Shown here one piece after another: positions 1-6,940 of a stretch of DNA of 37,689 bases (position 1 is its first letter; the number at the start of each line of letters is the position of its first letter). Below the pieces are notes generated by a model, which was not told the DNA's origin, did no database searches, and was given only the letters and a program-made list of their open reading frames with translations. The stretch is from a virus, in IMG/VR virus record IMGVR_UViG_3300027719_000019, positions 1 through 37,689 of that record. The stretch is one strand, 5' to 3'. A program made the position numbers and the translations under genes.

Positions 1-127
1 CAATAGCCTCAGCCTTGATGTACTCTGCGCAGTAGGGACATTTTTTGAGTTGCCCCTGGGCTACTTTTTGCTGCACTTCGGCAACTACCTGCTGCTCCAG
101 GTGGGCTTTATCCTCTTTTTTGATCAA
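1..127. repeat. Terminal direct repeat identical to 37563..37689, interpreted as a circular-assembly overlap
   Basis: The first 127 nt (caatagcctcagcc...ctcttttttgatcaa) recur base-for-base as the last 127 nt. The repeat sits inside one continuous minus-strand ORF, and the window begins and ends exactly at the repeat. Confidence 0.9.
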
Positions 128-295
128 CGCATAAATGATGCCGAACGGTCCCAGCATGAAGCCGACCAGGAACCCCCAGCCTTCAGATAAGCCTTTTCTG
201 CGGTAGATGTAGGCGGCGGCAATACCAAAAATGATCCAGAAAAATCCGGCACAGCATAACAGGCCGGTTGGATCTGTGGCAGTGGATGTGTTCAT
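1..295 (-). CDS. N-terminal part of a 111-aa small membrane protein with a C-terminal zinc ribbon. The gene wraps the circular junction and stops at 37522.
   Basis: ATG at 295..293 overlaps the stop of the upstream 69-aa gene (ATGA). My translation is MNTSTATDPTGLLCCAGFFWIIFGIAAAYIYRRKGLSEGWGFLVGFMLGPFGIIYALIKKEDKAHLEQQVVAEVQQKVAQGQLKKCPYCAEYIKAEAIVCKHCGRDLVKKE. It has two hydrophobic helices followed by CxxC...CxxC. Confidence 0.7.
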   Translation of the reverse strand, partial: MNTSTATDPTGLLCCAGFFWIIFGIAAAYIYRRKGLSEGWGFLVGFMLGPFGIIYALIKKEDKAHLEQQVVAEVQQKVAQGQLKKCPYCAEYIKAEAI

Positions 296-501
296 AGGTC
301 ACCTAAAGTGCTAATTATTTTCATTGAAATGTATAACCAAATAAAAAAATAAACGATAAATATACCGCCTAAAATATAAACGGTCATACAGAGTCCATTC
401 AGGTTATATTGAGAAATTGTTCCCCAAAGTGGGATAATGCCTAAACTTCCCAAACAAATTATTTTGATAATTTTATAGACGTTTCTTATCAATGTGCTCA
501 T
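292..501 (-). CDS. Small hydrophobic membrane protein (69 aa) in a strongly AT-rich segment
   Basis: ORF preceded by AAGGAA. It has 2-3 predicted TM helices and is translationally coupled (ATGA) to the next gene. Its base composition is far below the rest of the genome. Confidence 0.6.
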   Translation of the reverse strand: MSTLIRNVYKIIKIICLGSLGIIPLWGTISQYNLNGLCMTVYILGGIFIVYFFIWLYISMKIISTLGDL

Positions 502-519
502 ATATATTTCCTTTCTAAA

Positions 520-1455
520 TCAATTACTTTCACAACCAACCCCGTCATGATTTCCATCGAAATTATGAGGGTCTGAACCTACGACCTGAAATCGGCGATA
601 GGGGATATCTTTGCAATCCAAGTCTGGTGGTGCCGGTGGTATGCAAACGGTTGGATAGGATGGATCGCAATTATTATTCGTGGCTGGTGCCTCCTTTGTG
701 GATATTGCCCTGGTAACCGGTGTTACTTCTTTTTGCAGTGCCCATAGGCCATACCCCATGGATGCCGCTCTTTGCTGACCATTCGCAAACAGATCCGCAC
801 AGGCTACGTCCGGGGGGTAGGTGGATGCATTGGCATACCCCAGGCGGACCAGTTCATAGTTGACCATTTTATTCCCCACAAGCACATAGCGGAGTAATCG
901 ACCGTATTGGTCCGTTTCAGACACGTCTTTGATCAGAATGACATCCTTATTCTCAACCAATGCGCGATTCTGGTCCGTTGCCTGCTCACCAAATTCTTCA
1001 TGCGTGGTGGTATCTTCCGGAGTGTCGATGCCGATATACCGGACGGTGAAATCCTGTCCACCGATATCAACGTGGATGGTATCCCCATCAACGATTCGAG
1101 TAACCTTTGCCGGTACGGACTGGGTATTGACAGGCAGGCATGGAAAAAGCTGATTGAGCGATGCTGTTTTAACTGCTGTTGGTACTGGCGGCGTTGGAGT
1201 ATCTGTTACTACAATTGGGGTTTGAGACAGGATTACCGCCAGTGTGCTGTGGTAGGTTGTCTCGTTGACGACCATTTTTATATCTGTCGGAGTTGTAATG
1301 CCACTCTGGGCAATTGGTAACTCAGTATTTGTGGGGGCCAAATCATCTGTATTTGAGGATAATAGGGCAGCTCCACCACCGCACATACATAACAATGCAA
1401 TGATGGCCAAACAACCTACTAAAATATTATTATTTTTTGACTTGGAATCAGACAT
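520..1455 (-). CDS. Membrane-anchored or secreted thermonuclease (SNase fold) with a C-terminal Excalibur Ca-binding domain
   Basis: The start is moved to ATG 1455 (AGGGGA upstream) because 1456..1509 lies in a repeated regulatory element. There is an N-terminal TM segment (ILVGCLAIIALLCMCGGGAALL). The SNase core reads VTRIVDGDTIHV...RYIGIDTPE...GRLLRYV...NYELVRLGYA. The C-terminus DCKDIPYRRFQVVGSDPHNFDGNHDGVGCE matches the Excalibur DxDxDGxxCE motif. Confidence 0.85.
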   Translation of the reverse strand: MSDSKSKNNNILVGCLAIIALLCMCGGGAALLSSNTDDLAPTNTELPIAQSGITTPTDIKMVVNETTYHSTLAVILSQTPIVVTDTPTPPVPTAVKTASLNQLFPCLPVNTQSVPAKVTRIVDGDTIHVDIGGQDFTVRYIGIDTPEDTTTHEEFGEQATDQNRALVENKDVILIKDVSETDQYGRLLRYVLVGNKMVNYELVRLGYANASTYPPDVACADLFANGQQRAASMGYGLWALQKEVTPVTRAISTKEAPATNNNCDPSYPTVCIPPAPPDLDCKDIPYRRFQVVGSDPHNFDGNHDGVGCESN

Positions 1456-1483
1456 AAAAAATCCCCTGAGTGCCGAAAAAATA

Positions 1484-1590
1484 GTAACACGTAACAGCAG
1501 TAACGGCATTTTGCATTAAATACCCATAGTACATAGTGTGGGGGTATTTAAAGGAATTATCTGTTACATCTGTTACCTGTTACAGAAATA
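1484..1590. promoter_or_regulatory. About 105-bp quasi-palindromic element, copy 1 (inverted copy at 13361..13475). It contains the upstream region of the nuclease gene.
   Basis: GTAACA x3 (1484-1506), stem TTAAATACCC (1516-1525) / GGGGGTATTTAA (1540-1551), then TGTTAC x3 (1561-1585). It aligns over its whole length with the reverse complement of 13361..13475. Confidence 0.65.
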
Positions 1591-1693
1591 CCCCTCATAC
1601 TGAGTATGATCCCCCTGGGATCGACCTATTTGGAGAGGTATAAATAATCTGTTGGTAAAGTTCAAAAACTCGTTGTCACCAATTTGTTATTTT

Positions 1694-1820
1694 TGAGCTG
1701 AGCAAATACTTTAAGTATTAAGCGAGTTTGTCCCATTTTTGCTGAGGAAATACTTTAAGTATTAAGGAAAAAAACGAGTTTAGGGATTTTTTTGCCAGTA
1801 AATACTTTAAGTAGTGTAGG
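1694..1820. repeat. 2.5 tandem units of about 45-52 bp, each carrying the palindromic site AAATACTTTAAGTA(TTAAG). These look like iterons or operators.
   Basis: Site copies lie at 1704..1722, 1748..1766 and 1800..1814. The flanks GCTGAG.. and ..CGAGTTT..ATTTTT..GC are also repeated. Confidence 0.75.
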
Positions 1821-2047
1821 GATCAATCAGAATTTACCTTAAAAAAGATAACTCTTGTGAACTGTCCGGAAAATTTTAATGGTATCGGAGGGTAAATATG
1901 GTTGTATTTCAGCTTTGATGGTTTATAGTATTCCACAAATAGTAGTGAGTTCTTATGGATAAGTTCCATTAATGACATATTGCAGAAATACTGAAAAGGC
2001 GATATAACTTTATTATCTAATAGAAAGGGTGTTCTAATGAACCAAAA

Positions 2048-2476
2048 TCAAGATGATTGTTCTCCTTCGTTTTCAGTCAACTGGATGCCGGACCTGGACA
2101 ATGCGGATTTAATGATTTCTCTCGCTTCGGGCGAATCTGTTTTTATTCCCCTCTGTGAAAGTTCTGCTGAATATTCTGCGCGAGCAGCCAATACCCTATC
2201 AACCAGTTCAACTGGCAATCCGGCATTTAATAATGTTACACGGGGGTCATCACCGTCTGGCCTGCGATAATTAAGAACGTCATAAACCTCTAGACCCAGC
2301 TTCTTGGATAACAATGCTGCCCCATCTAAACGTGGTTTGATTCCTGCGTTTAACCAACTTGACATTGTTGTGGGGGGAACATTCAAATAGAGAGAAAAAT
2401 CTTTTAATGTTTTTTCCTCATCCTGGGTGGAATTCCACTCCCTAAATTTATTTATAAGAAAATCTGAGAATTTCAT
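2048..2476 (-). CDS. XRE-family HTH protein, probable CI-like immunity repressor
   Basis: HTH segment LKDFSLYLNVPPTTMSSWLNAGIKP. It is divergent from the early operon. There is no SD, and a TATAAT box lies 6 nt upstream of the ATG, implying a leaderless mRNA as for lambda cI from PRM. Confidence 0.7.
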   Translation of the reverse strand: MKFSDFLINKFREWNSTQDEEKTLKDFSLYLNVPPTTMSSWLNAGIKPRLDGAALLSKKLGLEVYDVLNYRRPDGDDPRVTLLNAGLPVELVDRVLAARAEYSAELSQRGIKTDSPEAREIIKSALSRSGIQLTENEGEQSS

Positions 2477-2583
2477 AAGTCTATTATAAACAATTCTTGA
2501 AACCTCTTGACAATACGACGAGATCGTAGTAGTATATATATAACGATACGACGAAATCGTAGTATAAAAACGGAGGTGAGAGA
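2477..2583. promoter_or_regulatory. Divergent lysis/lysogeny switch region with two 19-bp inverted-repeat operators
   Basis: ATACGACGAGATCGTAGTA (2513..2531) and ATACGACGAAATCGTAGTA (2546..2564) start 33 bp apart. The rightward promoter is TTGACA (2507-2512), 17 nt, TAGTAT (2530-2535), with operator 1 filling the spacer. The leftward TATAAT is the complement of 2483-2488. Confidence 0.65.
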
Positions 2584-2817
2584 ATGAGCGAAAAAATCAA
2601 GTACGGGACCGTACTCCCACAAGAGAGCATCCAGCAAGTCCAGCAAATCGCCGGTGTGATGCGCTGGTCCCAAAGCACTGTGGTTGAGGTTGCGATTGAC
2701 TGGCTGCATAAGCGGTTGATCTCCAGCCCGACCGATACAGTAACCATCAGCGAAGTTGAATCCGTCGCTGACCGGCTGTTGGGGGTGACCAATGAAGCCG
2801 CAATTAACCCCAGTTGA
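2584..2817 (+). CDS. Ribbon-helix-helix (Arc/CopG-like) DNA-binding protein, first gene of the early operon (Cro analogue)
   Basis: GGAGGTG SD. The pattern is a beta strand (KYGTVLP), helix (QESIQQVQQIAGVM) and helix (SQSTVVEVAIDWLHKRL), typical of RHH regulators. The position is opposite the repressor. Confidence 0.55.
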   Translation: MSEKIKYGTVLPQESIQQVQQIAGVMRWSQSTVVEVAIDWLHKRLISSPTDTVTISEVESVADRLLGVTNEAAINPS

Positions 2818-2923
2818 ACGCCAGGAACTGACCGCTATCGCTCTGATAGCCGGTGCGTTTGGCGCTGCCATGCAGATGGCATTCTGGGTAACCGATCTTC
2901 TCAATTTCATTGTACGGAGATAG
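2792..2923 (+). CDS. Possible 43-aa membrane peptide, below the ORF-track size cut-off
   Basis: ATG 2792 follows GGGGGTG. The sequence MKPQLTPVERQELTAIALIAGAFGAAMQMAFWVTDLLNFIVRR has one hydrophobic helix. Its stop lies 2 nt before the next start. Confidence 0.3.
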   Translation: MKPQLTPVERQELTAIALIAGAFGAAMQMAFWVTDLLNFIVRR

Positions 2924-2925
2924 CG

Positions 2926-3246
2926 ATGACTTTCTCAATCAGGGTCGATTTCAGCATCATTCTGGCCGTGTTCTGTGTACTGGCGCTGTTTGGATTTGGT
3001 TTCAATGCGCTGGTTTCGTGGATGGAACGGCGCGGGTTTGCGGATGGATATGTTTCTCTGCTGGTCGCGGTCGGGGTGTTGATTACCCTGGGCGGTGTGG
3101 CAGTGATCAGCTGGCAGTCAGCAGTGATAGCCCTGCTGTTTTTTATCGGTAGCGGATTACCCATGATTATCGGTAGTGTGGTGAGGTACATGCGACGGCG
3201 GGATCAGATGATTCAACAAATCAAACAGGAGGTGCTGGGGAAGTGA
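2926..3246 (+). CDS. Integral membrane protein (3 TM), unknown function
   Basis: GGAGA SD. It contains three long hydrophobic segments and ends 4 nt past the start of the next gene. Confidence 0.65.
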   Translation: MTFSIRVDFSIILAVFCVLALFGFGFNALVSWMERRGFADGYVSLLVAVGVLITLGGVAVISWQSAVIALLFFIGSGLPMIIGSVVRYMRRRDQMIQQIKQEVLGK

Positions 3247-3452
3247 GCACAAAAGCGCGGGAGTGGCCAAACGGAGCGAAAGAGGCGCGGGACCGGGCGG
3301 CTGAGGAAGCGGTGAGAGCGCTCAGAACACTAGAGCCGATGTTGAATGATCTGACCCGCGTCGAGGATATGAGACGGATCGCAATCGCGATCAACAGCCT
3401 GCAAACAATCGCCCGCCTGCTGGAACAGCAAGGGGCACAGACAAGACCGTAA
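3243..3452 (+). CDS. Hypothetical protein (69 aa, helical, charged)
   Basis: GTG start overlapping the upstream stop. The ORF sits in the operon frame with no competing ORF. Confidence 0.5.
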   Translation: MSTKAREWPNGAKEARDRAAEEAVRALRTLEPMLNDLTRVEDMRRIAIAINSLQTIARLLEQQGAQTRP

Positions 3453-3461
3453 GGAGTAGGG

Positions 3462-3875
3462 ATGAGCGTATTACCAAAGGTCATGATTTTGAATATCGCT
3501 GCTGACAGAGACAGCAACCGCGGCGTGATCGTTTGGACGGATATGCCAGAGCTGGTTAAGTGCCGTACAGCGGCGATTGCCACAGCCGAAAGCGAAGCGG
3601 CGTTTGTCCTGCGCGAATGCTATGTGTATAACCATGACGGCAGCTATGAAAATTTCCACCTTGACCTGGTCAACCGGATCATCCGTGCGGAATGGCCACA
3701 AAAAGCGCTGGCTGAGAAGTGGCTTGAAAAACGGGAAGAAAACATTGCCAAGTGGGAATTGATCAGCCCCTACAACGTTGAATTTGTACCTTTTGACCAG
3801 GCAAAGATTGATGCCGGTGAATTTACTCAATGCGGGAATGAATTTTCCCATGTCATGTTCAGACGAGAACTTTAG
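3462..3875 (+). CDS. Hypothetical protein (137 aa)
   Basis: AAGGAG SD 6 nt upstream. It is tightly packed in the operon. Confidence 0.65.
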   Translation: MSVLPKVMILNIAADRDSNRGVIVWTDMPELVKCRTAAIATAESEAAFVLRECYVYNHDGSYENFHLDLVNRIIRAEWPQKALAEKWLEKREENIAKWELISPYNVEFVPFDQAKIDAGEFTQCGNEFSHVMFRREL

Positions 3876-3881
3876 GAGTTT

Positions 3882-4655
3882 ATGATGTCAAACCAATTGA
3901 TGAACGATTTCGATTTGCTGAATGCGGCGATGGACGCCAAACTGCCGGAGCCGAACCGTGATTTCTGGGGCCAGGTTGACCTCAAGGTCCAGCAGGTTGC
4001 CCTGGTGAAGGGCGTGGGTAAGGTGCCGTTTGACCCCGGCATCCACAAAAGCGGTGTTACCGCCATTGATATTTTCATCTACCCGCTGGCCGAAATGGGG
4101 AACATCCCCGCGAAAGCCACTGAACGCAATCTGATCGCTGAATCCAAAGAGTGGATCAATATCACTCTGGACAGCTTGAAGAAGTTGGGTGTCAGCAGCC
4201 TGGCGCAGGTGCCCGGCAAGTATGTTCATGTGGTTGCCACCCCCACCGGTGAGACCTACGAAAAGAACGGGGAGACCCGCGAAAAGACCCAGTTCTCGTT
4301 CGTGAAGATCTTCACCAGTCAGGCAGAATGCCAGGCGGACTACTTTGCTTCCACTGGCGGACCTGCCGCTCCGGAAGCACAACCCGCGCCGGTCTATCAG
4401 GCTCCAGCTCCCGCGAACGGCGGCAACGGCAATGGCAACAACCTCAAGCGGGAAACCGCCAAGAAATTCCTGCCGGTGATTGTCGAAAATGCCTGCCGCG
4501 GTCAAACGGACCTGAACGTTATCCGTCAGACGATTGCGCTGAACCTGTCCACCATGCCGATGGTGGGGGAATTCTTCACCGCGGACAGCCCGGAGGTCAT
4601 TGAATTGACTCTACAGGTCATGTCCAAGGGTGTCCAGGAACAGATCCCGTTCTAG
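3882..4655 (+). CDS. Putative ssDNA-binding-like protein: globular N-domain, Gly/Pro/Asn-rich linker, C-terminal ...EQIPF tip
   Basis: TAGGAG SD. It has a low-complexity linker (GGPAAPEAQPAPVYQAPAPANGGNGNGNN) and ends in IPF like bacterial SSB (..DDDIPF). It lies upstream of the recombination genes. Confidence 0.35.
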   Translation: MMSNQLMNDFDLLNAAMDAKLPEPNRDFWGQVDLKVQQVALVKGVGKVPFDPGIHKSGVTAIDIFIYPLAEMGNIPAKATERNLIAESKEWINITLDSLKKLGVSSLAQVPGKYVHVVATPTGETYEKNGETREKTQFSFVKIFTSQAECQADYFASTGGPAAPEAQPAPVYQAPAPANGGNGNGNNLKRETAKKFLPVIVENACRGQTDLNVIRQTIALNLSTMPMVGEFFTADSPEVIELTLQVMSKGVQEQIPF

Positions 4656-4665
4656 GAGGTGTACT

Positions 4666-4857
4666 GTGGCAACGATGACAACCATGTCCAGCGTATGGCA
4701 GCAGATTGCCGAAGATGAGTTGATTGCGGCCTACGTGCCGGATGCGGAAATTATGAGCCATGATGAGGCTCTCCACCTGGCACTGGCCCGGGATGCTGAG
4801 GCGGCTGGGAATTTGCAGGAAGATGCACTTTTGATTGGAGCCTGCTGCCCCGGATAA
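4666..4857 (+). CDS. Hypothetical protein (63 aa)
   Basis: GTG 4666 lies 6 nt after AGGAGG (4654-4659). The ORF-track start at 4630 sits inside the previous gene. Confidence 0.5.
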   Translation: MATMTTMSSVWQQIAEDELIAAYVPDAEIMSHDEALHLALARDAEAAGNLQEDALLIGACCPG

Positions 4858-5127
4858 GGCAGTTCTCCAAATTGGGTGGCGGTGTGGTGGGACACACAGC
4901 GCGGTACCGAGTGACTGATCAAATATCGGGCTAACAACTAACTCCCGACGCTACGACTCGAAAACTACGATCAGGGTTCAAATCCCAACACCCAACATGG
5001 ATGAGTTGACTTTCTGGTTCAAAACCGACCATATAAACGGGCAGCAACCAGGGTAAACGTCTTACCAGAATGTACGTGACAGCCGGAGAGACGGCACTTA
5101 ATAACTGCAAATCAGATCAGAGGTGTT

Positions 5128-5340
5128 ATGGAAAATCAGAAATTGGAACAGGACGGCGATACACAAACTCCAACTGTAGTTAAACCGAGAAATATCCCTG
5201 TTAGTGTTGAATATTCAAATCAATTCATCATTTTGATCATTGGCAATGGTCGCTATTCATTAACCCCTGCTGTGGCCCGCGATCTTGCTTTGAATTTGCG
5301 ACAAGCAGCCAACCATATCGACAAAAAAAAGTCAGTTTAA
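5128..5340 (+). CDS. Hypothetical protein (70 aa)
   Basis: AGAGGTG SD. It is the first ORF after a 270-bp non-coding gap. Confidence 0.55.
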   Translation: MENQKLEQDGDTQTPTVVKPRNIPVSVEYSNQFIILIIGNGRYSLTPAVARDLALNLRQAANHIDKKKSV

Positions 5341-5368
5341 TTTTTTCAGTAGATAACCTGAGGTGACC

Positions 5369-6145
5369 ATGACAACAGCAACGATAACCGCAGTGATCAT
5401 CGACAGCCGGGAACCCGACTGGGTTCAAAAACTCGCATTCGGATGCCCGTCATCGGTCACCATGCTGGATGCCGGGGATTTGCTGGCCGTGACCAGCGAC
5501 GGGCACATGATCTGCGCTGAACGTAAAACCCCGGACGACCTGTTATCCACCCTGCGAGACGAACGGCTGTTCCCGCAGATGCTGAAAATCTCCGAACAGC
5601 GCCACGTCCAATTGGAACAGGGACAACGGCCTACCTGGTGGCCTTACCTGGTCATCACCGGCGCACTGGGATGCAGCAAGGCGGGAAAGGTCATCACCCC
5701 GGAGCGTGGGGAAACCGGCTGGAGTTACAGCGCACTGATGGGGGCGTTGACCACTGCTCAGGAAATGGGGATTTTTATTGTGAATTGCGGGGGAGACAGC
5801 GAATATGCCCCCTCCATACTGAGTATAGGACGGCGCGACCGGGCGGATGTCCTGCCGATTCTCCCCGCACGCCAGGCGCTGGCACTGGGAGCAAAGGAGC
5901 AATTTCTGGCATCGTTACCCGGAATCGGGGTAGAGAAATCCATAGCCCTGCTGCAATGGGGCGGAGGGAGGTTGTCGGAGGTATTGGTCGGTTTGACAGA
6001 TTTGGACATTGCCTGCCCGGTTGAAGGGATTGGCAAAATCACCCGCGACCGGATCCGCGATTTTCTCGGTTTGAGGGGGAAATCCAAACTCGAATTTGTT
6101 ACCAACCAGAACGGTGAATCCGAACTGGTCAATATTTTCAACTAG
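5369..6145 (+). CDS. ERCC4/XPF-Mus81-type structure-specific endonuclease with a C-terminal helix-hairpin-helix
   Basis: Motifs VIIDSRE, DAGD and ICAERKTPDDLLSTL (the ERKxxxDL signature of ERCC4 domains), plus the HhH LASLPGIGVEKSIALL. ATG 5369 lies 5 nt after CTGAGG; an alternative GTG is at 5363. Confidence 0.8.
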   Translation: MTTATITAVIIDSREPDWVQKLAFGCPSSVTMLDAGDLLAVTSDGHMICAERKTPDDLLSTLRDERLFPQMLKISEQRHVQLEQGQRPTWWPYLVITGALGCSKAGKVITPERGETGWSYSALMGALTTAQEMGIFIVNCGGDSEYAPSILSIGRRDRADVLPILPARQALALGAKEQFLASLPGIGVEKSIALLQWGGGRLSEVLVGLTDLDIACPVEGIGKITRDRIRDFLGLRGKSKLEFVTNQNGESELVNIFN

Positions 6146-6163
6146 CGACAAGGAGATTTATTT

Positions 6164-6940
6164 ATGGAGACAGCATTAGCAACGCAGACCACTGGATCAA
6201 GCGCACTGGGGTTTCAACGTCAGTTAACCCCGCAGATGTGGCAGATGGTGATGGAATTATCTCCGATCATCTACAAAAGCCGTTTATTTGGGGTCAGCAG
6301 CCCGGAACAGGCCGCGGTGATCATGCTCAAGGGATTTGAACTGGGGATGGGACTGACCGCCAGTTTCGAGTTTGTCCAGGTTGTTCTGGGTAAGCCGGGA
6401 TTGTCCCCACGGGGAGCCCTGGCGCTGCTGGTCAATCATCCGGAAATCACAAAAATTGATGTCAAACGGTTGACCAAGACTGACGGCAGTTTCTACGGGT
6501 ACGAGTGTACGATGGTCCGAAAGAACGGATTCCAGTTCACCGCACAGTTCACGATGGATGACGCCAAACGGGCCGGAGTTGTGAAAGTAGATTCGGGCTG
6601 GGCAACCTACCCTGAAAACATGTGCCGATGGCGGGCAATCGGATTTGTGGCGGATATGGTCGCCCCGGATATCATTTGCGGTATGTCGGCCATGATGAAA
6701 ATGCCGGAAGAATATGGCGCAGCAATTGATGACAGCGGAAACATCATCGATGCCGTTGCGCAGCCTGCCTACACAACCCCGGCAGTCGTAGACGTGCCCC
6801 CACAGCAGCCGAAAATCAGCCTGGATGACCTGCTTTCCATGTTTGGAGCTGAGGCCATCCTGACAGCGAATGAAGGCAAAATTCCGGGGACGGATGACGA
6901 AATTGCAGCGGTTGCCGCAAAAATGGCCGGTGCAAAATGA
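6164..6940 (+). CDS. recT: RecT-family single-strand annealing protein
   Basis: AAGGAG SD. The core FELGMGLTASFEFVQVVLGKPGLSPRGALALL ... MDDAKRAGV...WATYPENMCRWRAIGF resembles RecT/Redbeta-type recombinases. It is coupled to the following exonuclease. Confidence 0.75.
   Translation: METALATQTTGSSALGFQRQLTPQMWQMVMELSPIIYKSRLFGVSSPEQAAVIMLKGFELGMGLTASFEFVQVVLGKPGLSPRGALALLVNHPEITKIDVKRLTKTDGSFYGYECTMVRKNGFQFTAQFTMDDAKRAGVVKVDSGWATYPENMCRWRAIGFVADMVAPDIICGMSAMMKMPEEYGAAIDDSGNIIDAVAQPAYTTPAVVDVPPQQPKISLDDLLSMFGAEAILTANEGKIPGTDDEIAAVAAKMAGAK

Noticed and set aside
1-127. The 127-bp direct repeats as attL/attR of an integrated prophage
   Set aside because: The repeats coincide exactly with the window ends and interrupt nothing, since a single ORF reads through them. 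The real att candidate (tRNA-like core plus int) lies elsewhere, at 37356-37429.
907-1320. Plus-strand ORFs 907..1320, 929..1153 and 1265..1519, antisense to the nuclease gene
   Set aside because: These are shadow ORFs opposite a CDS with clear SNase and Excalibur motifs. They have no SD and a low-complexity, unprotein-like composition.
1456-1509. N-terminal extensions MPLLLLRVTIFSALRGFF (nuclease) and MPLMLLTVTFLGAEI (primase, 13446..13490) given by the ORF track
   Set aside because: Both lie inside the repeated quasi-palindromic element, so their similarity is a DNA-repeat artefact. Better SD-linked ATGs exist at 1455 and 13491.
1694-1820. Possible CRISPR-like array
   Set aside because: It has only 2.5 units, the repeats are AT-rich palindromes with conserved spacers (so they are tandem duplications), and the window contains no cas genes.
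1823-1978. 51-codon minus-strand ORF in the AT-rich spacer downstream of the repressor
   Set aside because: It has no SD, lies in AT-rich low-complexity sequence, and is too short to support. I leave it as non-coding.
2037-2270. 77-aa plus-strand ORF overlapping the repressor gene, together with minus-strand ORFs 2473..2910, 2484..2792 and 2907..3191
   Set aside because: They are antisense to genes that have recognisable HTH or RHH motifs and operon context, and they lack ribosome-binding sites.
3888-4505. Long antisense ORFs throughout the structural and replication genes, for example 3888..4505, 6284..6952, 16381..17007, 20884..21444, 26886..27488, 31568..32110 and 33028..33675
   Set aside because: These are typical GC-rich shadow frames opposite well-supported CDSs. 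They have no SD, their composition is Arg/Pro/Gly-rich, and they break the operon organisation.
4990-5010. tRNA or tmRNA gene suggested by GGGTTCAAATCCC
   Set aside because: The T-stem pairs only 3 bp, and I could not build an acceptor, D arm or anticodon arm around it.
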